Source: a bacterium (GTDB lineage: Bacteria; SM23-31; JAUVVT01). From it: 64,000 nucleotides of DNA. The notes under the pieces were generated by a model. It was not told the origin of the DNA. It saw nothing but the letters and a program-made list of their open reading frames with translations, and did no database searches. A program made the position numbers and the translations under genes. Shown here one piece after another: positions 21,777-31,771 of the stretch. The stretch lies in assembly GCA_030616165.1 (NCBI GenBank), contig JAUWXV010000001.1:17843-81842 (forward strand), given 5' to 3'. How positions within the stretch are numbered: the first letter of the stretch is position 1; the number at the start of each line of letters is the position of its first letter.

Positions 21777-23504
21777 TTAAAGCACGGGATGTTTTAAATG
21801 AAAATCGGTTGAATCCTGATAAACCTTTGCCAGAGCAAGCATTTCTGCCTCGCCGTAAAGTCTTCCAGTGAATGTGATGCTTGTAGGAGTGCCTTTTTTT
21901 GTAAATCCATTGGGCATAACTACAGCAGGATGTCCGGTCAGATTGGTTAAAAGAAGGTTGTTATTACCGCGAGTAGGTACCACGTAAACGTCAATATCAG
22001 ACATCAATTCAGCCATAGCCTTCATAATTATAGTGCGAAATCGATTGGCTTGAATATATTCAACAGCGGGAACCATTCGGGCAAGTCGGAAAGTATTTGG
22101 CCAGGCACCTCTATTTTGTCGAACAAGAAGGTCATCTTTGTTACTTCTCGTAAGTTCATCAAAGGCAGCAGCCGCTTCAACTCTTAAGATGAAGTTTATT
22201 GCATTGATAGGATAATCAGGTAACTCGATAGGTATGAGGTTGATACCAAGGGAACGCAGCTTTTCAAGAGTGGCTTTATCGTTTGCTTTCCATTCTTTGT
22301 CTTTTCGCTCATTCTCGAATGCGCTTTTTATATATCCTACACGCAAATTTTTTATACCTGAATTACTATCCCAGTTGAACGGGATGTCCACAACGGTTCC
22401 ATCTTTTCCATCTGGACCATAAATGGTGTTTAAAACCAGAGCGCAGTCTTCCACACTCCTGCACATAGGTCCGATTTTATCCATACTCCAACTCAAAGCC
22501 ATAGCACCATACCGACTTATCCGCCCGAATGTAGTGCGCAGTCCTGTAACACCACATCTGGTTGACGGGGAAATAATAGAACCCAAAGTTTCTGTTCCAA
22601 TGGAAAATCCAACTAAGCCTCCTGCTGTGGCTGCTCCCGGACCGGCTGAAGAACCGCTTGAACCCTGTTCGGGATTCCAGGGATTTTTCGTTTCGCCTCC
22701 AAACCATACATTTCCCATAGCGAGCGCACCGCTGGTTAATTTTGCAACTAACACCGCACCTGCCTCTTCAAGACGCTTGACGACTGTCGCATTATCATCG
22801 ATTACCTGGTCTTTGTAAGGCATTGCTCCCCATGTGGTTTTATATCCTTTCGTGGAAAAAAGGTCCTTAACTCCCCAGGGAATCCCGTGCAGTGCCCCTC
22901 GATACCGGCCTTTGGCAATTTCATCACCTGCTTTTTTCGCCTGCTCTATGGCTAATTCTTCTGTCAGAGTAACTATGCACTGGAGTTTGGGACCGTACTT
23001 TTTCAATCTCGACAGATACATTCTTGTAAGTTCTCCAGAACTTACCTTTCCTGATTTGATGAACCGAGATAAATGCGTTACTGGCAAAAAAGCCAGTTCT
23101 TCAAGATTTGAAGGAATTTGAGATATCTGTACATTGCTTATTTTAATAGGTTTAGATTTTTTCTCAAAAGACATTCCGGGCAAGATTGGATTAAACTGAA
23201 GAGCAGGAGCCACGCTGTTTCCTAATGGAATCTTTCGAAGTTCTTCATATTTTTTAAGGTAATCATTTAATCCATCAACCATTAATTCCCGCTCTTCGTC
23301 GGTAAATTCTAAACCGGCTAACCCTTCAGCCTCTTTAAGCATATTTTTGGTAATCTTCTCATCTTTCTTACCCTGACATCTTACAAAGAGTATGCCCGGA
23401 AGGAGAGTAGAAGACAATCCAATGCCGGTAAAATAAGACAGAAAGAGGCGGCGGGTTAAATCTCTGTCTTTAGATGAATTTTTTGATTGTAAAAGATTCG
23501 GCAT
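21777..23504 (-). CDS. amidase-signature-family amidase with Tat-like signal
   Basis: GSSGSSAGPGAATAGG...GTETLGSIISPS amidase signature; N-terminal TRRLFLSYFTGIGLS. Confidence 0.8.
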   Translation of the reverse strand: MPNLLQSKNSSKDRDLTRRLFLSYFTGIGLSSTLLPGILFVRCQGKKDEKITKNMLKEAEGLAGLEFTDEERELMVDGLNDYLKKYEELRKIPLGNSVAPALQFNPILPGMSFEKKSKPIKISNVQISQIPSNLEELAFLPVTHLSRFIKSGKVSSGELTRMYLSRLKKYGPKLQCIVTLTEELAIEQAKKAGDEIAKGRYRGALHGIPWGVKDLFSTKGYKTTWGAMPYKDQVIDDNATVVKRLEEAGAVLVAKLTSGALAMGNVWFGGETKNPWNPEQGSSGSSAGPGAATAGGLVGFSIGTETLGSIISPSTRCGVTGLRTTFGRISRYGAMALSWSMDKIGPMCRSVEDCALVLNTIYGPDGKDGTVVDIPFNWDSNSGIKNLRVGYIKSAFENERKDKEWKANDKATLEKLRSLGINLIPIELPDYPINAINFILRVEAAAAFDELTRSNKDDLLVRQNRGAWPNTFRLARMVPAVEYIQANRFRTIIMKAMAELMSDIDVYVVPTRGNNNLLLTNLTGHPAVVMPNGFTKKGTPTSITFTGRLYGEAEMLALAKVYQDSTDFHLKHPVL

Positions 23505-23583
23505 ATTGTTATCCTTTCTTATTATGATTTTATTAAAAGTCTGATTAAGAATAATAAATAATGTATTTAAATTGACATAAAGT

Positions 23584-23640
23584 TAATTTGTCATTGCGAG
23601 TGAAGTCTCCCGAGTACTCGGGGGATGAAGCGTGGCAATC
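23584..23640. repeat. partial copy of a TTTGTCAT-ended hairpin element
   Basis: Shares aatttgtcattgcgag and the tctcccgagtactcggggga palindrome with the element at 23778-23914. Confidence 0.45.
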
Positions 23641-23777
23641 TCAACAATTGAATATATTAGTGATTTAAATAAAAGATTTTAATTTTCAGAGTTTGCCAAA
23701 TTTATTTAATATAAAATATTAGTCAGTATTTTTCAATATAATTTATCTGACCTATTTATAAAATTTTAGAGTAGGAT

Positions 23778-23914
23778 AATTTGTCATTTCGACCGGAGTC
23801 TCCTGAGTACTCAGGGGACAAAGTGTCCTCCGAAGGCGGATCCGCCTTTGGCGGAGAGAAATCTCAAAAGACGAGATGTCTCGTCCCGACGGTTCGGGTT
23901 AAACATGACAAATT
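23778..23914. mobile_element. 137-bp MITE-like element with perfect 10-bp TIRs (AATTTGTCAT/ATGACAAATT) built from nested hairpins
   Basis: TIRs read directly from the sequence. Internal palindromes ctcctgagtactcagggga and ccgaaggcggatccgcctttggcgg. Confidence 0.55.
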
Positions 23915-24076
23915 GAGATATGCACAATTACTTGTATTTATACGAGTTCATGCAAGGCGAGGTGTTCTTCAAATCGCCACTTTCAAATTTTCAAGAAGTT
24001 TTAACTATTTTTTAAAAAACTGGAGGATATAATATTATGAGTTTGAATCGGCGAAATTCTTCTCATCCCATATCTC

Positions 24077-25489
24077 TTAATTTCCAAATCGGGGATTTAC
24101 AACATTGCTGTAAATAGACCCGAATGTGTATCTCAATCCTATTGAAAAATAGTAACTATATTGAGTGGCAAGTTGTTTCTGACGCAGCAGAATTTCCTCT
24201 TCCGTTGCACCCTTCTTGGGTAATGACAATTGGTCGTGAATCCTCGATGCGCTTCCTAATAAACTCAGGGAGAATCCTTCAAAGAGACGCAGGGATAAAT
24301 TACTAAATAATACTAATCTGTTTTTGCTGAAATCGTGAGAATAGTGTGAACCCGCTAATGTGGTACTCACAGAGCCCCATCTTTCCTTAACCTCATACGT
24401 AGCGGAAAGACTTTCACTAACTAAGTTCTCTCTGAGTTTTTCATAAATAGTTTCTTCGTCGTAGCGAATGTTAGTATTACCCACTCTGTAAAGAAAACGA
24501 AATTCTCTTCGTGTGGATTGAGCGTATGGAAATACATTGTATTCAATGGCAGGTGCAACATTGAAAGAAAATTTAGTATTAGTATAGATTGATGATAGTG
24601 CATCCCCATATACTCCAATCGACCAGTGTCCACCAAGACTTTTAACGAGTAACCCACGAAATGAGTGAGACCTTATAAAACTGGAGATTGTATTATCACC
24701 TATTTTGTAATTGGTTTCATTATAATTTGTACTAAAAGAAAGGCTTGTTTTCCAGTCGGGTGCTACTCTATCTGCAGAAACAGACCCATAAATCGACATA
24801 CTTTTTATGGATTCCTCTCCATTAAAAAAACCCCTGATACTGCTATTAAATACCCAGTAGTCCCATTTGTCCACCACAGCACCCGGGTCTGTCCTCTTCC
24901 TGTAATTAATAGAAATATATTCGGCAAGAGGAGTTTTAGATACATAAGGCATTAAGCCCATTTTAAGAATCCTCACAATCCCGCTCCTGCGGATTTCTTG
25001 TGTGTCTGTTTGTCTTGATACGTACTTTAGCGTATCATTCTGATTAACAAAGTTTTGCTGCCCGGTAAGAGTCAGTGTGTATTCTAATCCTCCGGCACCA
25101 GTCCTCTGAGTTGTCAGCATTATATAGACCTGTGCTTGTTTCCTGTCCCGCACGTAATTCACGAAAGGGATTTCCCTTTTAATGTGATCCTGATAGGAAG
25201 ACAATCTGTCGAGGAAGATTCTTACGGCACTCTCCTGCAGTTCTGTACTGTCACTTTCGACCTCTTGTGAATAAGATTGGGGAATTGAAATAAAACAAAT
25301 CAAAAATAGTATGGTGCTGAGATAAAGAAAAGTCAATGACAGGGCAGTTCTAAAGCGAGAAATGACTGCAGTCATTGAGGGGAATACCATCACAAAACGC
25401 TGTTTGTAGTTTTTATTCATACAACTAAGTGAGCGCTTTGAATTACCGAACAATACAAAACAAGAAAAAATGCGAATAAATTGATTCAT
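24077..25489 (-). CDS. predicted outer-membrane beta-barrel protein, paralog A
   Basis: Signal-anchor followed by alternating hydrophobic beta-strand pattern. About 75% identical to the downstream paralog. Confidence 0.5.
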   Translation of the reverse strand: MNQFIRIFSCFVLFGNSKRSLSCMNKNYKQRFVMVFPSMTAVISRFRTALSLTFLYLSTILFLICFISIPQSYSQEVESDSTELQESAVRIFLDRLSSYQDHIKREIPFVNYVRDRKQAQVYIMLTTQRTGAGGLEYTLTLTGQQNFVNQNDTLKYVSRQTDTQEIRRSGIVRILKMGLMPYVSKTPLAEYISINYRKRTDPGAVVDKWDYWVFNSSIRGFFNGEESIKSMSIYGSVSADRVAPDWKTSLSFSTNYNETNYKIGDNTISSFIRSHSFRGLLVKSLGGHWSIGVYGDALSSIYTNTKFSFNVAPAIEYNVFPYAQSTRREFRFLYRVGNTNIRYDEETIYEKLRENLVSESLSATYEVKERWGSVSTTLAGSHYSHDFSKNRLVLFSNLSLRLFEGFSLSLLGSASRIHDQLSLPKKGATEEEILLRQKQLATQYSYYFSIGLRYTFGSIYSNVVNPRFGN

Positions 25490-26019
25490 AGTGAATTACT
25501 CCCTGAGTTTATATTTAAAAGGTATTTCGACTAACTTGTTATTTAAGATGACACGGCAAAAAGTAAAAATTAAGGAGTTTAATGATGGGTTCAATAAATA
25601 AATTCTATTGTAAATTAAGAACTTATACACCAGACTGTCATTCCCGCGAAAGCGGGAATCCACCTTTTGCCGCTTCGTCATTTGAAGAATATGGATTATG
25701 ATAGTATATGTTCAATTTTTCAGTCCTATAAATATATGACTATCTAAATTTGTTAATAGTTTTACTAAATTTAATATGCGGAGTTCCTTATTAATACAAT
25801 GTTAGGACGGATTACGCTGGTGTTAATCTCTGTAGTTCTGTAATTTTTATAAAAAGGATTATAAGAAAAAAGACAATTATTCCCCCATCTAATCATTTTC
25901 CAATTTTTATTTCTTTTATATATTTAAATATAATAAAATCAAATAAATTAGTCAAGGTATTCTTTAAGTTTTATGTAAAAATTTATCACATTGAATATTA
26001 ATCAAAGAATAAAAAAGCC

Positions 26020-26060
26020 CATTGCATTAACAATCTGTAATGGGCAAAAATATTTGTTAT
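26020..26060 (-). terminator. putative terminator downstream of paralog B
   Basis: gcccatt...aatgggc hairpin with a T-run on the minus strand. Confidence 0.4.
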
Positions 26061-26145
26061 TATTTTATCAACTATTGGTGGAAGGGCCCTTTTTATTCGT
26101 ATTATAAATGCAGTCTGAACAACTTCTAATCCATGTCACTTAATC

Positions 26146-27603
26146 TCAACGAAATCCACCTCCTCCTCCACCCCCACCACCTCTACCTCGAGGACTTCCA
26201 AATCGAGGATTTACAACGTTGCTGTAAATAGACCCAAATGTGTATCTAAATCCCACTGAAACCATGTAGTCATATTGAGTGGCAAGTTGCCTCTGACGCA
26301 GCAAGATTTCCTCATCCGTTGCCTCCTCCATAGGTAATGATAATTGGTCATGAATCCAGGATACGTTTGCGAATATAGTTATGGAAAGTCCTTCAAAAAG
26401 GCGAAGGGATAAATTACTGCGTAATTCTAAACGCTTTTTCCTGAAATCGTGAAAGTAGTGTGAACCTTCCAATGTGGATGTCACAGAGCCCCATCTTTCC
26501 TTAACCTCATACGTAGCAGAAAGACTTTCATTAAATAAGTTCTCTCTGAGTTTTTCATAAACGGTTTCTTCGTCATAGCGAATGTTAGTATCGCCTATTC
26601 TGTAAAGAAAACGAAATTCCCTTCTCGTAGATTCAGCATAGGGGAACACATTGTATTCAATTGCAGGTGCCACACTGAAAGATAATTTAGTGTTAGCATA
26701 GATTGATGATAGTGCAGACCCATATCCTCCAATCGACCAATGTTCACCAAGACTTTTGACAATCAACCCCTGAAATCTCTGAGACCTTCTATAACTGAGA
26801 ATAGTACCGTCTTCTGTTACGTAACGGCCTTCATCATAGTCTGTGTCTATACCAAAGTTTATTTTCCAGTAAGGGGTTACACGGTCAATAGAAAAAGAGG
26901 CATCAATTGAATAGCTTTTTCTCTTCTCTTCTCCATTAGTGCGACCGCTGATATTGGTATTGAAAACCCAATAGTCCCACTTATCCACCACAGCAGTTGG
27001 CTCTGCCCTCAGCCTGTAATTAACAGAAATATAATCACCAAGCGGAGTTTTAGACACATAGCGTACCAAGCCCATCTTAAGAATCCGTACAAGCCCGCTC
27101 CGAATGATTTCCTGGGTATCTGCTTGTTTTGATACATACTTCAATGTATCGTTCATGCCGACAAAATTTTGCTGTCCGATGAGTGTTATTGTGTATTCCA
27201 TTCCTCCAGCGCCGGTCCTCTGCTGTGTTAGCATCACATAAACCTGCGCTTGTTTCCTGTCCCGAACATAATTCACGAAAGTAATCTCCCTTTTGACATG
27301 ATCTTGATAAAGACGCGATACGTCAAGGAAAATTTTTACGGCACTCTCTCGCAATGCTGTGGTATCACTTTTTGCTTCCTGAGAATAAGAGTGAGGAACC
27401 GAAATAAAACAAATCAAAAATAGTATGGCACCTAAATAAAGAAGGGTCAATGACAGGACAGTTTTAAAGCGAGAAATTGGTGCCGTCATTGAGGAAAATA
27501 CCATCAGAAAACGGTGTTTATAGTTTTTATTCATACAACTAAGTGAACGCTTTGGACCTCCGAACAATAAAAAACAAGATAAAATGCCAACAAATCGTTT
27601 CAT
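26146..27603 (-). CDS. predicted outer-membrane beta-barrel protein, paralog B, with C-terminal poly-Gly tail
   Basis: Same architecture as 24077-25489. Extra C-terminal SPRGRGGGGGGGGGFR encoded by a GGN repeat. Confidence 0.5.
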   Translation of the reverse strand: MKRFVGILSCFLLFGGPKRSLSCMNKNYKHRFLMVFSSMTAPISRFKTVLSLTLLYLGAILFLICFISVPHSYSQEAKSDTTALRESAVKIFLDVSRLYQDHVKREITFVNYVRDRKQAQVYVMLTQQRTGAGGMEYTITLIGQQNFVGMNDTLKYVSKQADTQEIIRSGLVRILKMGLVRYVSKTPLGDYISVNYRLRAEPTAVVDKWDYWVFNTNISGRTNGEEKRKSYSIDASFSIDRVTPYWKINFGIDTDYDEGRYVTEDGTILSYRRSQRFQGLIVKSLGEHWSIGGYGSALSSIYANTKLSFSVAPAIEYNVFPYAESTRREFRFLYRIGDTNIRYDEETVYEKLRENLFNESLSATYEVKERWGSVTSTLEGSHYFHDFRKKRLELRSNLSLRLFEGLSITIFANVSWIHDQLSLPMEEATDEEILLRQRQLATQYDYMVSVGFRYTFGSIYSNVVNPRFGSPRGRGGGGGGGGGFR

Positions 27604-28064
27604 TGTAGATCTCTCCTTAAGTTCAGGTTAAAGTGGATACTTATATAACTCGTTTATATTCAAGGTATTTCGGATTTCTATTACTGTAAATTTATTGTTT
27701 TCCTTATTATTTCATTATCTACTTGAGTTTTTAATCTTGCTTTATATACATTTTTTATCCAAAATAATTCAAAAAAGAATTTTATTTATTAAAAAATTTT
27801 GTTTTATATTAACTTAAGAATTAAAAAAAACAAAATCGGAGACTGGTGAAAAAGTTTTATGAAATAAGTTGAATCTGATTTTTAAAACGGAGAAATAACA
27901 TCAAATCATGTTCCACCATCTAATCATTTTCCAATTTTTATTACTTTTATATGCATAAATATAATAAATTCAAGGACATTAGTCAAGTTATTCTGAAAGT
28001 TTTATAAAATTTTTTTTTTTTAAAAATCTGGCATTTTTAATTTTGTAACCTGATAAAATTTTAA

Positions 28065-28111
28065 TAAAAAAGCCCATTAATAAAAATTATTAATGGGCTT
28101 GGGTGTTTTTT
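28065..28111. terminator. bidirectional Rho-independent terminator
   Basis: aagcccattaat..attaatgggctt 12-bp stem flanked by A-run and T-run. Confidence 0.55.
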
Positions 28112-28176
28112 ATTTCTGCAGAGTATGAATTATATTCCCCAACTATATATATTTACATAATTTTTATTTAAAAATA

Positions 28177-28602
28177 TCACTTATTAGATTCAGCGGTAGA
28201 AGTTTGACAACTTGGACAACTGCTTCCTGACTCAGCAGTCTTTGAATCCTGTAATTTCAAATCAGTGAAATTAACTTTTTTGGATACCGGGCAGATATAA
28301 CCGCTTACTTCTACATTTTTCCCCACATAATTCTCAAGAGTTGAAACTTTCTTTGCTTCTTCGTTAAAAAGATGGATTTTCCCATCTGATGTCTTAAGAG
28401 CATATTTATGATTACATGATTCACCTTCACTCTTCTCAGGATGGGTGGAAGCACAGTCGCCGCTGCATTCTTTTCCTTCTTCGTTAATAAGAACTACTGC
28501 TCCTTTTAACGACTTTGAGGAATCATCGGCTGCAATTGAAGTTGAGACAAAAAATAAAAATAACGCAAGAAACAATGACACTATCAAATTTTTTGAATTC
28601 AT
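28177..28602 (-). CDS. small secreted Cys-containing protein
   Basis: Signal peptide MNSKNLIVSLFLALFLFFVSTSIAA. Eight Cys including a CPSC pair. Confidence 0.4.
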   Translation of the reverse strand: MNSKNLIVSLFLALFLFFVSTSIAADDSSKSLKGAVVLINEEGKECSGDCASTHPEKSEGESCNHKYALKTSDGKIHLFNEEAKKVSTLENYVGKNVEVSGYICPVSKKVNFTDLKLQDSKTAESGSSCPSCQTSTAESNK

Positions 28603-28772
28603 AGCACACTCCTTAACTGTTAAAATGATTATTAAGTGCATTTCATATTTTTTGTATTAGAAAAACTGCGAGAAGTTTTAAATATCTAACATAAAATATT
28701 TTTTTAAAGTTCCCTCATCTAAAAAATTTATTAAAAAAAATTCGAAAAAGGGTATTCAGTCAGCGAAGGAAT

Positions 28773-29051
28773 TTATTTCTTATCTTTCCAGTTCCACCAT
28801 TTTAGAAGTTTCGGGTTGTGTTTTTTGTTGGATGCATAATAGACAGCACAGCGGAATACATAAAGCATACATCTGTCTATATGTGTGCCCTTTTGATGTG
28901 AAAGTTTGAAGTAAAGTTCTTCAGGGTTCCGGTTTTTAAAATCTTGAACTTAACGGAAACCCAGGTTCCACAAACCTTTGGCGATTTTTTTACCGACACC
29001 GGAAATCTGCTGTAAATCTTTCAATACGGATTGTTTTTTAGATTTTGTCAT
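28773..29051 (-). pseudogene. Cdd1/pathogenicity-locus-type helix-hairpin-helix small protein gene interrupted by an in-frame TAA
   Basis: Minus-strand translation MTKSKKQSVLKDLQQISGVGKKIAKGLWNLGFR*VQDFKNRNPEELYFKLSHQKGTHIDRCMLYVFRCAVYYASNKKHNPKLLKWWNWKDKK. HhH motif LQQISGVGKKIA. One frame throughout, with a stop at 28950-28952. Confidence 0.45.
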
Positions 29052-29062
29052 ATAATCCTGTA

Positions 29063-30046
29063 CTATATAAATTTCCAGTCGTTAAAGATAATTTCTTCTA
29101 TACTGGCAACTTCCCGTCCAGTTTCGCCGTTAACGGCAGGATTGTAGTCGTCAAGCACAGCCTGAGTAAAATCCTCAATTAAGGGCTGGTGAAAGTTTGC
29201 TTCAGGCGGGTGCTCTTCGGTGCGGTCTCCGGTTTGTGTCCTTACGGTCATATAACCTGCGTTAAGGACCGGAACATGAATTGAACCCTTATCGCCGAAT
29301 ATATCCATCGTGTCCTGAGGTTCGTATGCCGCATGAGTTATGTTCAAGATAGCGTTTGGTCCGGAGTTAAAAGAGAAAAATGCAGTAGATGTGTCTTCCA
29401 CTTCCCTATCAAAAAGAACTCTACTGATAAAGCCCTTTGTATATTTCACCGGACCAAATATGTTAAGCAGTACCTCTATACGATGGCATCCGAAATCAAA
29501 CATCGGACCTCCGCCTGCCTGTTCTTTCCTTAGGAACCAGTATTGGCTGTCGGTGGGTAGCGGATTGAAATACTCGAATGCATTTATCTGGGAGAAGACA
29601 ACTTGACCTATTTCACCGGAAGCGATGATTTCTTTTATGCGGTCGATGACAGGATAAAAATTACGGTAATATGCAATTCCAAGTTTAACGTTGTTGGCAC
29701 GGCAGGCAGATATCATCCTGTCGCACTCGGCAACTGTCAATGCCATTGGCTTCTCGCACAGCACTTGTTTGCCTGATTCTGCGGCGGCGATAGTCTGCGG
29801 GCAGTGAAGATTCACCGGCGTTGCTACATATACTGCGTCAATTTCATCATCGGTAACCAGTTCCTGCCAGGTTTTGTGCCATTTTCGGGCACCGAATTCA
29901 GAAGCAAAGGATTCAGCCAGTTCGTAATTTGCCCTGTTTATTGCAAAAAACTCGCAGTTGGGCAAATCTCTTAAAGCAGGCGCAACACGTTTTCTCGAGA
30001 TGTCCCCGCAGCCAATAAGTCCCCATTTTAGTTTTTTCATTGTCAA
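29063..30046 (-). CDS. Gfo/Idh/MocA-family NAD(P)-dependent oxidoreductase
   Basis: LKWGLIGCGDISRKRVAPAL Rossmann N-terminus; GC-rich. Confidence 0.85.
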   Translation of the reverse strand: MTMKKLKWGLIGCGDISRKRVAPALRDLPNCEFFAINRANYELAESFASEFGARKWHKTWQELVTDDEIDAVYVATPVNLHCPQTIAAAESGKQVLCEKPMALTVAECDRMISACRANNVKLGIAYYRNFYPVIDRIKEIIASGEIGQVVFSQINAFEYFNPLPTDSQYWFLRKEQAGGGPMFDFGCHRIEVLLNIFGPVKYTKGFISRVLFDREVEDTSTAFFSFNSGPNAILNITHAAYEPQDTMDIFGDKGSIHVPVLNAGYMTVRTQTGDRTEEHPPEANFHQPLIEDFTQAVLDDYNPAVNGETGREVASIEEIIFNDWKFI

Positions 30047-30147
30047 AGAAACTCCCCGAAAATATTAATAGATTTACTTGTACAAACAGAATAAATTAAA
30101 TATATTAATGGATAATATTAATGTCAATGTTTTAATTGGAAGAAAAG

Positions 30148-30177
30148 TAGGGGCGAAGCATTTTTTTGTCTATGCTC
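30148..30177. repeat. GTAGGGGCG-type palindromic repeat (copy of 15519-15548 in reverse orientation)
   Basis: gtaggggcgaagcatttttttgtctatgct matches the reverse complement of 15519-15548. Confidence 0.55.
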
Positions 30178-30405
30178 TGAATTTTTCGAAAACTCTTTAA
30201 TTGAATGCTTTGCCCACACTACTTTTTTTTAAACTCAAGCATTTTCTTAATTTATGATGCTTTTTTAAATACTCTTTAAAAAAATACTTGACAGGGAATT
30301 TTTGTTTTTGTATATTTCCTACTAATTTGATAGGAATAGTTGGAATAATATTTTGAATCAAGTATAAGTTTAAATTAAATATTCGGATAGAAGGGGTGAT
30401 GGCTA

Positions 30406-30849
30406 ATGATGAAACTTTCTACAAAAGGACGATATGGCGCGAGGTTAATGTTGGACCTTGCCATACACTATGATGATGGATTTGTTTTGTTAAAGGATAT
30501 TGCTAAAAGGCAGGATATATCTGAAGGATATATGGAGCATCTTCTTCCTCATCTCAAGGCGGCAGGACTGATAAATTCATTGCGAGGTGCACGAGGTGGT
30601 TATAAACTGGCTAAAGCCCCTTCTGAAATATCTCTTAAAGAAGTAGTTCAATCTCTGGAAGGACCATTAACTCCAGCAGAATGTGTTGTTGCTCCTTCTG
30701 TTTGTAAGAGAGTTAGTTTTTGTGTTACACGGGATATATGGAAAGAAGTAGGAGAAAAAATCTCTCAGACTTTAGAATCAGTAACTCTGAAAGATATGGT
30801 TGAGATGCAAAAGAATAAAGGAAAGGCATCTCTCACATATAACATTTAA
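30406..30849 (+). CDS. Rrf2-family (IscR/CymR-like) transcriptional regulator with three-Cys cluster ligands
   Basis: [18 protein letters not shown] winged-helix N-terminus; C-x6-C-x5-C ([14 protein letters not shown]). Confidence 0.85.
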   Translation: MMKLSTKGRYGARLMLDLAIHYDDGFVLLKDIAKRQDISEGYMEHLLPHLKAAGLINSLRGARGGYKLAKAPSEISLKEVVQSLEGPLTPAECVVAPSVCKRVSFCVTRDIWKEVGEKISQTLESVTLKDMVEMQKNKGKASLTYNI

Positions 30850-30874
30850 CAATTTAAGAAAGGAGGATAATATA

Positions 30875-31711
30875 ATGAAAAGATTTATTAATGTTTCAGA
30901 AAAGCAGATTACAAGAGCGATTGTGAATGAATTTTGTAAGGATTTTCTTGATAATATCTACACAGAAGTTATCATTGTGGGTGCGGGGCCCAGTGGGCTT
31001 ATAGCTGGGAGAGAATTGGCAAAGGAAGGATTCAAAGTGCTAATTATAGAGGCTAACAACTATCTAGGTGGTGGCTTCTGGCTTGGTGGTTATTTGATGA
31101 ATGGACTTACGGTAAGAGAACCTGCGAATGAAGTGCTTGATGAATTAGCGATTCCTAATGAAAAAGTGGAAAAAGGCTTATATTTTGCAAATGGGCCCCA
31201 TGCTTGTTCAAAACTCATAGCTGCAACATGTGATGAGGGAGCAAAGATTTTGAATATGACTAAATTCGATGATGTTGTGCTCCGGGAAAATAATCGCGTA
31301 AGTGGGGTGGTAATTAATTGGACTCCAGTATCAAGTTTACCGAGGCAGATTACATGTGTGGACCCCGTTGCTCTTGAATCCAGAATTGTTATTGATGCTA
31401 CGGGACATGATGCGTGTGTAGCTAACTCCTTAGCACAGAGAAATCTACTTAAGATTAAAGGATTTGGGGGTATGTGGGTAGAAAAATCTGAGGATTTGGT
31501 GGTAGAAAAGACCGGTGAGGTTCACCCTGGCTTAATCGCTACGGGAATGGCTGTAGCAACTATCTTTGGAATCCCAAGAATGGGACCGACCTTTGGAGGA
31601 ATGCTGCTTTCAGGAAAGAAAGCTGCCGAGGAAGCAAAGAAACTGCTAACCAAGGAGAAAGTGGATTTAGAATCTTTAACTATTGAAATAAAAGAAGAAA
31701 TTGCAGTTTAA
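30875..31711 (+). CDS. Thi4-family thiazole synthase-like flavoprotein
   Basis: [28 protein letters not shown]...GGGFWLGG dinucleotide-binding motif typical of Thi4. Start at ATG 30875 with an AAGGAGG RBS. Confidence 0.65.
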   Translation: MKRFINVSEKQITRAIVNEFCKDFLDNIYTEVIIVGAGPSGLIAGRELAKEGFKVLIIEANNYLGGGFWLGGYLMNGLTVREPANEVLDELAIPNEKVEKGLYFANGPHACSKLIAATCDEGAKILNMTKFDDVVLRENNRVSGVVINWTPVSSLPRQITCVDPVALESRIVIDATGHDACVANSLAQRNLLKIKGFGGMWVEKSEDLVVEKTGEVHPGLIATGMAVATIFGIPRMGPTFGGMLLSGKKAAEEAKKLLTKEKVDLESLTIEIKEEIAV

Positions 31712-31771
31712 AAGAGTTTTACTTTTTAATTTTTTAGCTATTTTAAATTTAACCAATATAGGAGTAAAAAA

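Noticed and set aside
23781-24032. 83-aa plus-strand ORF
   Set aside because: Begins inside the 137-bp MITE-like element and translates hairpin sequence; no RBS
24037-24117. 26-codon plus-strand ORF with a GGAGG RBS overlapping the end of paralog A
   Set aside because: Too short, overlaps the paralog stop on the opposite strand, no conservation evidence
25496-25681. 61-aa minus-strand ORF upstream of paralog A
   Set aside because: Overlaps the TGTCATTCCCGCGAAAGCGGGAATC hairpin repeat; no coding features
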